Source of the DNA: Macrostomum lignano
Taxonomy: Eukaryota
DNA: 64,000 bases
Assembly: GCA_002269645.1 (NCBI GenBank)
Contig: NIVC01002293.1
Coordinates: forward strand, 1-64,000
Direction of reading: 5' to 3'
Shown here: one piece after another, positions 12,582 through 24,100 of the stretch
Layout: each line of letters opens with the position of its first letter
Numbering within the stretch: the stretch's first letter is position 1
Position numbers and translations under genes: made by a program
Notes under the pieces: generated by a model
Database searches by the model: none
What the model was told of the DNA's origin: nothing
The model's input: only the letters and a program-made list of their open reading frames with translations

Positions 12582-13019
12582 ATGAATTCCACAGAAATTG
12601 CTCTTGTTGTTGTTGCCACGGCCTTCCTGGTGACGCTCGCGTTGACGGCGGCGCTGGCCATCGGCGTCCTACGGCAGAGCCTCGCGCCCAATCAGGAAGA
12701 ATCGCCGAAGTCGGGTAGGCAAGAGGGCAGTCGTAAGCGTCAGCGCCTCAAGCAGTTTTCAACTCGAATGTCAATCGAAGACGTCGTCAACCAGAGCGCG
12801 GCTGACGTGGAAAGCCCGCCTAAAGCTCAGCAGCAGCGGCCAAACGTGGTGTCCATGGCGGAGTCCGCCACGGTTGCTAGGATTGACGAGGGCCTGCGCG
12901 CACCCGCCACAGCCACTGCCGCCTGCTGCCAGGCGAGTGGCACAGCTGCTGTTCCAGCTCAACTTCCTGCGCAACCAACTGATTCCAACTGCGAAGTGAC
13001 TCATCAATACCCAGACTGA
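12582..13019 (+). CDS. Orphan single-pass membrane protein (145 aa; may continue via an exon at ~13456-13612)
   Basis: N-terminal hydrophobic segment IALVVVATAFLVTLALTAALAIGVL followed by a basic/polar tail; GC-rich and coding-like; CAG acceptor immediately before the ATG. Downstream open frame QKRLKPLAEFEIQ...LDKLDIVF ends at a GT donor (13613). Confidence 0.55.
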   Translation: MNSTEIALVVVATAFLVTLALTAALAIGVLRQSLAPNQEESPKSGRQEGSRKRQRLKQFSTRMSIEDVVNQSAADVESPPKAQQQRPNVVSMAESATVARIDEGLRAPATATAACCQASGTAAVPAQLPAQPTDSNCEVTHQYPD

Positions 13020-13884
13020 TCCCAAACTGGTCCCATCCTGATCCCAATTTGGTCCTGATCTGGTCACGAAATTGGTCCCCGAGTTGATCCCGATCTGGAG
13101 ACCCACGAAATGCACTGGGAAAGTGCTGTTCAACATTTGTGTCGCTTTTAAAAGTAATTAATTTTTGTACTAAACTTTTTGAATTTTGTCCTGCTGGCTT
13201 TGGAAGCAGAAATTTCAATTGGCCGTGGGTGTAACCCCCCCCCCCCGGGGAGAGGAAACGCAAGATTATTTAACCTATTCCGAAAAATCATTAATTATTG
13301 ACTTAATGCGCCAAAGTGACAAGGTGGCTGATTTTATTGCAATACACACTGACTGATCCCAGAGCTGCTAGCGCCATCAGGCCAACCAATAGCTAATTTG
13401 TGCCAGAATACTCAAGATTTCCCAATCCGATTTTTTCCAACAAATCTAAATAGAGCAGAAAAGGCTTAAGCCGCTCGCGGAGTTCGAAATTCAACATCAG
13501 CAGTCGGAAGAGTTCAAATCATTTTTTGGCGTCTCTGGATGTTCCGAGAACAAGTCGCAGGTGGAGGAATGTCAGTGCAAACTGCTGCTTGACAAGTTGG
13601 ACATTGTATTTGGTTAGTATTACTGTTATCTTTATGAAAAATATAACTTTTTAAACAACTGCTCTAATGAGTAATGGTTGCTTTATTGCTCATGGTAGCA
13701 GGTTCACTGCAGTGCTAACAAAGCAATACCTGTGTTAATCACATTCGGCATTTCTTGTTGCTTACACGTACGACTTCGAATGTTTGGATGTAATTCATGT
13801 CCGCTGGCCCAGTGGGCCACGGTTTTCTGGGACCTCTCCGCAATGACGGAAATCTTGTTAAAGACATTTATGACACGCGGGGTG

Positions 13885-14100
13885 GTAGCCTATTAGTTAC
13901 TGCGTCAAGGGTTCGATTCTCGACCCACTCAGAACAATTTGCGTCCTTGAGCAAGACCACTTAACTCTGCATTGCTTCAGTTCACCCTGCTGTAAAATGG
14001 GTGCCAGCATTAGCTGGGGTAATTGGGGTGTGTGTGGCGATAGTTGCAGCTGAGCTGTCGGTTGCACATCAGCCTATATTAGGGGGAGGTGTAATAAAAA
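13885..14100 (+). mobile_element. tRNA-derived SINE with CORE-like domain (internally deleted copy)
   Basis: B-box GGTTCGATTC, then GTCCTTGAGCAAGACCACTTAACTCTGC...CTGTAAAATGGG; homologous to the copies at 18345 and 21004. Confidence 0.85.
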
Positions 14101-14426
14101 AAGTATTCCAACCAACCGACAATATCGAGATTTGTGTTCTCGATGACGGTGAATTTGAAGTTTTTTATCTGAATAGTATTCATCCTTTAAAATTGGGAGG
14201 CATTCACACAGTTGAAAAATGGTTATTATCGTACTTTATGCATCCAATTTTACAGAAGTTTAGTACGCGTGTTGCAAACAATGCCAGAACTAAAATACAT
14301 ATACTCGTAGGCTAGGCGTAGGTAGGATGACAATTTGAACCCACAGGGAAAATAATCTCAGTCATTAAGGTTTGCCACAAGGCAGGCGGCTCTCACACTC
14401 CATGCTGCCGAAGGCTCCAGCGAGTG

Positions 14427-15582
14427 CTAAGAGAAGCTGCCGAAGGTCATTTCGTCGCTGGAGGCCGAAATCTGCCGCTCGCTGTCGTCGTCGAAGACCT
14501 TGCTGACTCCGCGGCCGTCCGGGCCGAGGCCCGAGCTGGCGTAGAACTGGGGAAACTTGTCGTCGAACATCCGGCAGCATTTCTCCAGGCTGTGCAGGTC
14601 CGGCGCCCTGACGGTGATCCGGCGGAGGGCGATGGAGGCGGCGGCCGTGCGGATTGGCTGCGGGTCCAGCAGGATCTCCGAGTCGCAGGCGCGGGCGATG
14701 GCCTCGACGCGCCGGTCGGAGGCGTGGCAGAAGGCGCGCATGTTGGCGCGGGTCTCCGGCACCCGGAAGCTGTACTGGTAGATCGGCTGCAGCGGCGTGC
14801 TGGCCGAGGCCGCCAGGGTGGCGGCGCCCTCGTCGTAAAGCGCCATCGACGCCAAGGTCGATCTGTCGGTGTCACCGTCCGCTACGTCGCCGAATTCGTC
14901 GGCGCTGAGGCAGCGTCGCCGGCTGTTGCACTGCTTGCGCTCTGTTGGAGACGGGGCGATGCGGCAGGAGGAGGCTGCAATGCAGAGAAGAGTTGCGAAT
15001 CCGGCATTGGCCTGAGCACGCGGAACTTGGCTTTGCACTGCTGACATTCATACCCAGGATAGTGAGGACAAGATTAGGGTGAATTAAGGCGTACAAAAAC
15101 CTCAATTGGTTCACCCTAAACTATTTGAACCAGTTGCAAGTACCGTCCATCCTTGTGCGCACATCCGGGTCCTGCGGTCCGCTGGTCTGCCCAGCCATTT
15201 CGTGCAGCGGACTCGAAGGCTCCACCGCGACAGTGGCGTCGCCGCCACCGACTGCCTCCTTCCAGCTGCGCTGGCTCGGCTGCCAGACCGTCTCGCCGTG
15301 TCTCGCGTCGTCTCGACTGCTGAGGCGCAGGGCTCGGAGTCGCTGAGGGTTCACCAGCGGCTTCAGGGCTGGCAACTCCGACCATCGGGCCTCGGACTCG
15401 GGCACGGAGCAGCTGGTGCTTTGGCCACAGCTGTGCGAGCAGCTGCTTCCGGAGCTGACACTGCTGGTGCGACTTTTGGGTCGGGGCAGCGAGGCCGGCT
15501 CCGCTTCCTGGGGCTTTGTGCCGACACTGCCTGTGGCGTTGGCTGCGACTGAGCTCTTTGTTCTGCTGGATGGACAATTCAT
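14427..15582 (-). CDS. Uncharacterised protein, 2 exons (15582-15144, 15040-14427), with a compact C-terminal alpha/beta-like domain
   Basis: Phase-1 donor G|GTAC at 15143 and a NAGNAG acceptor at 15041/15038 keep the frame. Ser-rich N-terminus, then YQYSFRVPETRANMRAFCH...RRITVRAPDLHSLEKCCRMFDDKFPQFY; TAG at 14427-14429. Confidence 0.7.
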
Positions 15583-15804
15583 AACTCTTTATGCTGCGGC
15601 AACTATATTTCTATTGTGTTTAATATAATATTAATATAGATAACATGGTTACGAAGGTCTTTATACGTCAGGAGCGAGAGAGATGCGCCACCGAGGCCAT
15701 AGACAATTACTTTAACAAATTAGTAAAAATATACTTTCAGCGAATTGTGACTTCTTGTTTAAAAGTCAAAGTCACAAGTGGACTATTTTCAATACGACAA
15801 TGTA

Positions 15805-16365
15805 GCATTTTCCAAGCCAATTGAGCTTAGGGGCAAGCAATTTAATCCTTATTGGGAGAATCAATCTATTGAAGACTTGTTTTCATTGTCTATGGCCAAA
15901 AAGGGGGTCTATGGAGCAACCAATTTGAGAATTTGGACGCGCAATTAATCCTTTTCACATTTGTGCAAGCCTCAGACCATAGAAAATAACGGATTTCATC
16001 AGACAAACATGGATATGGCAGACGAAGAATTTAACCAGCAGAGCAGTGACGAAAGTTCTGCTACAGCCCAAGATGCAGTGGATGAGCAGAATCCTGCAGG
16101 GCGAGAACCCTATCGCAAGATAAGCAACGAAAGGTACGACCTGATTGTCGCTGCCATCGAGAGAGATAATAGTGCTGAGCACATTTCGCGATGGCTGCAC
16201 GTAAAGATTGATCGGGTTTTATTTCAATATGTCCAACACTGTTTTGAGAGACTCCATAGACCCCCTTTTTGGGCCATAGACAATGAAAAACAAGTCTTCA
16301 ATAGCTTGATTCTCCCAATAAGGATTAAATTGCTTGCCCCTAGGCTCAATTGGCTTGGAAAATGC
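15805..16365 (+). mobile_element. Non-autonomous Tc1/mariner(IS630)-like element: ~112-bp TIRs, TA TSD, truncated HTH ORF
   Basis: 15805-15916 is the reverse complement of 16252-16365; TA at 15803-15804 and 16366-16367. Internal ATG 16009 gives MDMADEEF...PYRKISNERYDLIVAAIERDNSAEHISRWLHVKIDRV, cut off by the right TIR. Confidence 0.8.
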
Positions 16366-18129
16366 TATATTATTGATATGGCTTCTTAATTAAATATATA
16401 ATTGTCTACACCAGAAACCATATGCACAACTAAAGACTGCATCACAGCAACGGTCGCTGCATTAGCTAATCCAAGAAAGAGTTCCAACTGGTGTTGATAG
16501 ACCTGGGGTCGGCAACCGGTTTTACCTCAATGGCCAGATCCTGCTCATGGCTAGTGATTCAATAGAGGAGGGAGAGGCAGGAGAGAGGAGATGAGAGAAT
16601 GATTCCAAGTGCAGTCACATTAATTTAGGGCTTGGAATCTGGAATCTCGGCTTGGCTCTGCTCGTGCAATTAACGCTCTTGATGGCCAACCCCCCAAGGC
16701 GCAGTGAAGTGTACATGCCTAACGATAAATAAAGTCAGGGCCGCTGTGCACTCCTGTGTGAGTGTGTGCCTGTGCGTATGACTGCGTACGTATCCGCGCG
16801 CTTGTGTGCCTGCTCAGGGGAGTCGGCGGAATGGGCAGCAATGCCTCTCGCCGGTTGTGTGACAATGTCGCTTAAAGTGCGCCATGGAGCACACAGCCCC
16901 TGTCTCTGATAAACAGATAGAAGATGAGATAAGAAGATAGATGAGATGAAAGATGAAAGGAGAGAAAAGGAAATAAGATTAGACCTTGAGCCGGATATCG
17001 GTCTTATAAAGTTTCAAAGGACCCGAGGGACGCGGAGAGAGAGGCTTCGCGGTCCGGGCCACATACAATCAGTTCTAAATACACGAAAATGCTTCTGCGT
17101 CATTTTGACTATATTAAGACAATTCGAAATTGCGGTTTTTATTGTTAAGGATTATTGTCAGCCAATTTGATGATTAGGCCGACCCGGTCTAGAATGTCCA
17201 TCCGCTGCACTCTATACGACTATCAGACAATTTTTCGCTTATTAAGTTGAACTCTAAAGTACGTATCCGCTATAGAATAGTGCTTTTGAAAACAATAGCT
17301 AACCAGAACAGTGGGCTATTTAGATAAGTATTTTTGAGCAATCCATTTGAAATAAAAGTACACCTATCACTAATCGCTACCTGCCAGGGTAGGTAATACC
17401 TATCACTAATCGCTACCTGCCAGGGTAGGTAATACAAATCTCTATAATTAAGCGATCAATTAAGCATTTGGGCTAAAAATAAATGTACATAATATCATTG
17501 TGCTGCTGCGCAGGACATTGCGGTAACATACTGAGCGGGAATAGCAAATTTCAATGGAATATAATTGTTGCAAAATAAATAATTGAGCCGATGCGCGTAG
17601 AAATAATGATTTATAGTTGGCTAAAATTTTGTTATAATTAACTAAATAGAGCACCTAGTTTGGTAGTTATTAGAACTAGAAGATAATAAAATAAGCTCAT
17701 GCAATAAGTAAGACAATAACTAAACTACATTCAGGAGCTTTTTACGATTTTTCTTCTAAAAATAGTTGCTAGGATAATTTCAGCAGGATTTTGTGTTTTT
17801 CAAAAGCTCAGAAAGCTCAAGACTCAAGGAGAAGTATAAAGTACGACATGAACTTTTTAGCGGAATTATCGGATTTAAGGTTTAGCTTGCCTGCCCAATC
17901 TTCTTAAGAATGCGTTGACAATTTTTTCTGGAAAATATCTGGAAACGTTGAGTTTCAACAGACTTCCAAGAAACAAAGTACTTTTAGTGGACCTGAATCT
18001 TGTCTCAAAAAATATAAATTGACGATAAAGACGTGTCATAACATGTCATTCAGTTTGCTTGTAAAAACATGCAGTACTTGAGGGGGTGAAGCGCCTTTAA
18101 ACTTTGAGCAGCCCTGTCCAAGGCTTCAT

Positions 18130-21100
18130 TCACTTCTTGCGACAGGCGGCGCTGCTATCAATCACAGGCCGGCTGGCTGAGGCCGGGCGCCGCTTCACAG
18201 GCGCCGCCGCTGTCTTTGATCCCGATTTGCCGCCGCCGCCGCGACTGCGCGACCTGCGACCCGCAGTGGCCTTCGATGGGCCCGCAGCATCTGCAGCAAG
18301 AGGATAAATGATGATTGCTGGCCTTTCCAAAGTGTATAACTGCCAATAATAATAATAATAATAACTGATTACACCTGCCCCAGTAGATGTGCAACCGACA
18401 GCTCAGCCGCAGCGATTGCGCGGCGCATCTGAAGGCTGCGTACGGCTGTTCAGTCCAAGGACTGGGGGGTCGCCACACACCCTCAATTACCCCAGCTAAT
18501 GCTGGCACCCATTTTACAGCTGGGTGAACTGAAGTAATGCAGACTTCTTAAGTGGTCTTGCTCAAGGACACGAATTGCTCCGAGTGAGTCAAGAATCGAA
18601 CCCACGACCTTCAAGTCGTGAGTCCGACGCTCCGACCACTAGGCTAAAACCCCAGTATAACAGGCAAAGAAACTGACCTTGGGGAGCCTTGGAAAGGCCT
18701 TGGAGAGTTGGTGGTCCTCATGTCTGTGAATCGCATGACAACCCCCCCCCCCCAATTTTCTTGCACAAGCCCCAGATGAATTTGGAATCGAACCAGCGGT
18801 CGTGAAGTGTCGTCGAGAGTCGGACGCGTTCACCTCCCCCTGGTGATCTACGAGTATATGAGTTGATGTCAAAAATCTGGAGTCGCAAATCTTTCCCGAA
18901 GTGTACAACCCGACAGGCGCGTCGCCACCGGGGGGGGACATGTCTCCTAGTAAAAGCTATGGGAGGATATGCCAATGCTTTGTGTCCCCCCACCCCACCT
19001 TGTAACTCGTTGTGCTAATCAATCATTTTTCTTCAGAGCGCCAAAATGAGTGCCTACGGCGCCAAAATGAGTGCCTGCGGTACCAAAATGAGTGCCTGCG
19101 GCGCTAAAATGAGTACCTACGGCGCCAAAATGAGTGCCTGCGGTACCAAAATGAGTGCCTGCGGCGCTAAAATGAGTGCCTGCGGCGCTAAAATGAGTGC
19201 TTGCGGCGCTAAAATGAGTACATACGGCGCCAAAATGAGTGCCTGCGGTACCAAAATGAGTGTCTGCGGCGCTAAAATGAGTACCTACGGCGCCAAAATG
19301 AGTGCCTGCGGTACCAAAATGAGTGCCTGCGGCGCTAAAATGAGTGCCTGCGGCGCTAAAATGAGTGCCTGCGGCGCCAAAATGAGTGCCTGCGGCGCTA
19401 AAATGAGTTCCGAAAATTTGTTAGACTGACGCTGCTATAGCTCTCATTGGAGACATATGCGCGAACAACTTGTGAAGAACTAATACAAGATACTCACCAT
19501 GGGAAGTTGCAGCTCTGTCAGCCGCCCTTTGGCCCGCCGCACCCTGAGGAAGTACAGAATAGAAATTTCGAATGGCGCACTTGATTTGTCATGACTGACA
19601 GCAGGCTGTGGCAGTACATTGCAATATTTATCCGATTAACATCAATATTTGTGTTTGGAAATTGTGTTAGTATTTAATCAACGTAAAATTAACTGAAATA
19701 CTTGGGCTTTAGTGATAGAATATAACAAAACTTAATGCAAAGGTTGCAAGTGCAGTCGCACATCCTGAGCATTGTATTACCAGTTACCACCCCCTCCTCC
19801 AGTGTGTTACCGCCCCCTCCTTCAGGTGTTACCGCGCCCTCCTTCAGTGTGTTACCGCGCCCTCCATCAGTGTGTTACCACCCCCTTCAGTGTGTTACCG
19901 CCCCCTTCATCAGTGTGTTACCGCCCCCTCCATCAGTGTGTTACCGCCCCCTCCATCAGTGTGTTACCGCCCCCTCCATCAGTGTGTTACCGCCCCCTCC
20001 ATCAGTGTGTTACCGCCCCCTCCATCAGTGTGTTACCGCCCCCTCCATCAGTGTGTTACCGCCCCCTCCATCAGTGTGTTACCGCCCCCTCCATCAGTGT
20101 GTTACCGCCCCCTCCATCAGTGTGTTACCGCCCCCTCCATCAGTGTGTTACCGCCCCCTCCATCAGTGTGTTACCGCCCCCTCCATCAGTGTGTTACCGC
20201 CCCCTCCATCAGTGTGTTACCGCCCCCTCCATCAGTGTGTTACCGCCCCCTCCATCAGTGTGTTACCGCCCCCTCCATCAGTGTGTTACCGCCCCCTCCT
20301 TCAGTGTGTCACCACCCCTCCTTCAGTGTGTCACCACCCCTCCATCAGTGTGTTACCGCCCCTCCTTCAGTGTGTCACCACCCCTCCTTCAGTGTGTCAC
20401 CACCCCTCCTTCAGTGTGTCACCACCCCTCCTTCAGTGTGTCACCACCCCTCCATCAGTGTGTTACCGCCCCCTCCTTCAGTGTGTCACCACCCCTCCTT
20501 CAGTGTGTCACCACCCCTCCTTCAGTGTGTCACCACCCCTCCTTCAGTGTGTCACCACCCCTCCATCAGTGTGTTACCGCCCCCTCCTTCAGTGTGTCAC
20601 CACCCCTCCTTCAGTGTGTCACCACCCCTCCTTCAGTGTGTTACCGCCCCCTCCTTCAGTGTGTCACCACCCCTCCTTCAGTGTGTTACCGCCCCCTCCT
20701 TCAGTGTGTCACCGCTCTTTCCTCGGTGCCGTCAAGAATATACGGCACTTGAGTTAGTAATAAAGGTCATTAGGCTGATACAATTCCGAGTTTTCATAAG
20801 CCATTCAGTCACCAAAAGTGAAGCAAGCAAGGATACAGTGGCCAGGAGTAGAAATAATAATGCAGTGCATAGTGGCAATTTCTTTTTAATCAAATGAAAC
20901 AAAAATAAATAAATAAAATGTACGTGAACTCAACCAATTTGTGAGTAAAATCATGCAAATCCGTGATTTGTGCGCGGTTTCGTAAATACGAGTAATAAAT
21001 AATTGATTATTGATTACACCTTGCCTAATGCGCAGATGTGCAACCGACAGCTCAGCCGCAGCTATTGCGCGGCGCATCTGAAGGCTGCGTACGGCTGTTC

Positions 21101-24100
21101 AGTCCAAGGACTGGGGGGGGGGGGTCGCCGCACACACCCTCAATTACCCCAGCTAATGCTGGCACCCATTTTACAGCTGGGTGAGCTGAAGCAACGCAGA
21201 GTTAAGTGTCTTGCTCAAGGACACGAATTGTTCCGAGTGGGTCGAGAATCGAACCCCCGACCTTCAAGGCGTGAGTCCGACGCTCTGACCACTACTAGGC
21301 TACAACCCATTAGAAACCCCTTAGAAATGCGGTTTCGTGAAATCAATAAAAATTCAAGGGCTGGCCTGTGCCCACAGGCCTTTCAGGCATACTTGACAAC
21401 GGACGCAACAACATCAGGATACCTGGTGCGCTCTTGTCGCATCGACTAGCATGCAGTTATCCTGCTGTGGCGGCTCCTACACCTGGCTGGAGCAATCCGG
21501 ATAAATAGTTTGTTACACAGAGTGGCCATACATCTTTTATATTCATAACAAGTCCTCTTTCGCTGGAGGTCACTCTTCTACATTATAAAATACATTAGAA
21601 AGATCGACAGTTCTCAATTTTCAGCACTAAATCTGTTGAGTAGTGAAGACCAGTTGTATTTTTACTTGCAGTTGTAGTACTTAACGTATTATCATACATA
21701 TATTTCGGACCGCTATGAAGTATTGGGTAGAAGAAACTGCCAAATCGATGGATCAAAAATGTACGGATTTCAAAATATAGTAGCATTTATTTTAAAATCA
21801 CTTATATTTTAGCTACAGTAAATATCAGAATATTAAGAAATATTACATATATAAGATGAATTATAAATAAATTTTATTTGGTACTCTACTAGCAGTAGAA
21901 ATATAAGAATAACAATACTCTCCCCCTCGATGACTGGTTCAGTCTTGTTTTTCTTATCTCCCCTTGCAGCCTTCTAATTGGCTCTTCAATCTCAATCTCG
22001 CCCTTTTTCTCAGTCGCGCACTCCACCCTCCCCGTCTCTGTTTTTTCTGTTTTCTCTCCCTCTCTGTCCAGTTTAGTCTTACCATTTTATCTCTCCCCAC
22101 TGCCTTCTGATTGGCTCTTCAATCTTGCCTCTTTTCTCAGTTGCGCACTCCACCCTCCCCGTCTCTGTTTTTTCTGTTTTCTCTCCCTCTCTGTCCAGTT
22201 TAGTCTTATCATTTTATCTCTCCCCCACTGCCTTCTGATTGGCTCTCCAATCTTGCCTCTCCTCAGTTGCGCACTCCACCCTCCCCGTCTCTGTTTTTTC
22301 TGTTTTCTCTCCCTCTCTGTCCAGTTTAGTCTTATCATTTTATCTCTCCCCCACTGCCTTCTGATTGGCTCTCCAATCTTGCCTCTCCTCAGTTGCGCAC
22401 TCCACCCTCCCCGTCTCTGTTTTTTCTGTTTTCTCTCCCTCTCTGTCCAGTTTAGTCTTATCATTTTATCTCTCCCCCACTGCCTTCTGATTGGCTCTCC
22501 AATCTTGCCTCTCCTCAGTTGCGCACTCCACCCTCCCCGTCTCTGTTTTTTCTGTTTTCTCTCCCTCTCTGTCCAGTTTAGTCTTATCATTTTATCTCTC
22601 CCCCACTGCCTTCTGATTGGCTCTCCAATCTTGCCTCTCCTCAGTTGCGCACTCCACCCTCCCCGTCTCTGTTTTTTCTGTTTTCTCTCCCTCTCTGTCC
22701 AGTTTAGTCTTATCATTTTATCACTCCCCCACTGCCTTCTGATTGGCTCTCCAATCTTGCCTCTCCTCAGTTGCGCACTTCACCCTCATTTCTTATCAGC
22801 ACCCCCAACGCATCCCCCCATTAATGCTTATCAATATAATTGTTTAGGTTTGCGCCCCACTCATTGTTTCTAGTTCAGTTTGTTGTTATTTTATTTATAT
22901 TGAAAACGGGAATTCCGCAGACTAATGTGCAGCTCTGTTTGCTAAAATTGTTTTTTTACGAATATTCGTTCTTTACTCAGAGTTTCATATACGATTTCCC
23001 AGCGTAGCGTCCTTCTAATTCTTTACTTGATTTTGATGAATTTGATTTTTAAATCTCATCGGTGATTTATCTCGGAGCTTTAAGATTAATTTTGGAACTC
23101 ACGTGACCCCTCCGGGTGCAAGCCTCGCCTTTCATTAACAGCCCGGAGCCCTGCATCAGGGCAGGCCAGATGTGGTGCGACACGCCCGTGGCTGAGAACT
23201 CTGAGTCGTAGCTACGGCGGTACCTGTTGGGGTGGAGGATGGGGTGCGTGATACCTGTTGGGGTGGAGGATGGGGTGGGTGATATCTGTTGGGGTGGAGG
23301 ATGGGGTGCGTGATACCTGATGGGGTGGAGGATGGGTGGGTGCTGTTGGAGTGGAGGGTGGGTAGGTGCTATTGGAGTGGAGGATGGGGTAGGTGCTATT
23401 GGAGTGGAGGATGGGTGGGTGATACCTGTTGGGGTTAGAGGATGGGGTGATCCGAGGACCCACCTGTAGTCATCGAACAGCTCCCCATCGTATCCCACGG
23501 CCACATCGAGCGGATGCGCCAGAGCTGTCATCTCCCAGGCGATGCGGCAGCACTCGGTGACGAACGGTGCGATGACGTCATAGCCGATGCCCGGAGGCAG
23601 GTAGAGGCGGGAGTTGCGGGAGAGGCAGCGAAGCACCTCCTGCAAATTCGAGCATCTATATACTGCAGTCCAACTGAGCATTGAAAATTGCTGATGCACT
23701 TTTAAGAATTTGGTCTCACCTGCACCAAAGTGTGCAAGTCGTACAGATCCGTGTGGCAGTTGATGAAGTCCTGCACAGCCTCCTCCAGCAGGTCGGGGCC
23801 GACCCTGCGGGCAATCAGGTGCGACCGAACGCGGCCTTTGAAGGATCGGAAGGCGACTTTGGCCGAGTTGAAGGATTCCTGCGGGTTGGTTTTGGATGCT
23901 GAGAATTTTTGCCAAAGCTCAGAGAGAAGCAGCTCAGCCTAGAAGTCGCCCTCACCACAACTGCAGCGTAGACAATTCTCTGGTTGTTCTCGTGGTCATC
24001 ATAGCAACAGCGCAGCGCCTCCATCGCTTCGGCTCGGGACGCCGTGAAAGCCTCGTTGAAGCGGGCGATCAGGTGCTGCTGGCGCGACTGCTGCCAAGGA

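Noticed and set aside
17362-17434. 37-bp direct duplication with a small hairpin (CTACCTGCCAGGGTAGG)
   Set aside because: Simple two-copy duplication; no CTRR Helitron end or other support.
18560-18646. tRNA gene (A and B boxes)
   Set aside because: No complete cloverleaf or acceptor stem; it continues into a SINE body and recurs as a repeat.
21960-22790. Regular arrays as CRISPR-like loci
   Set aside because: No array in the window has unique spacers between constant repeats, there are no cas genes, and the context is eukaryotic.
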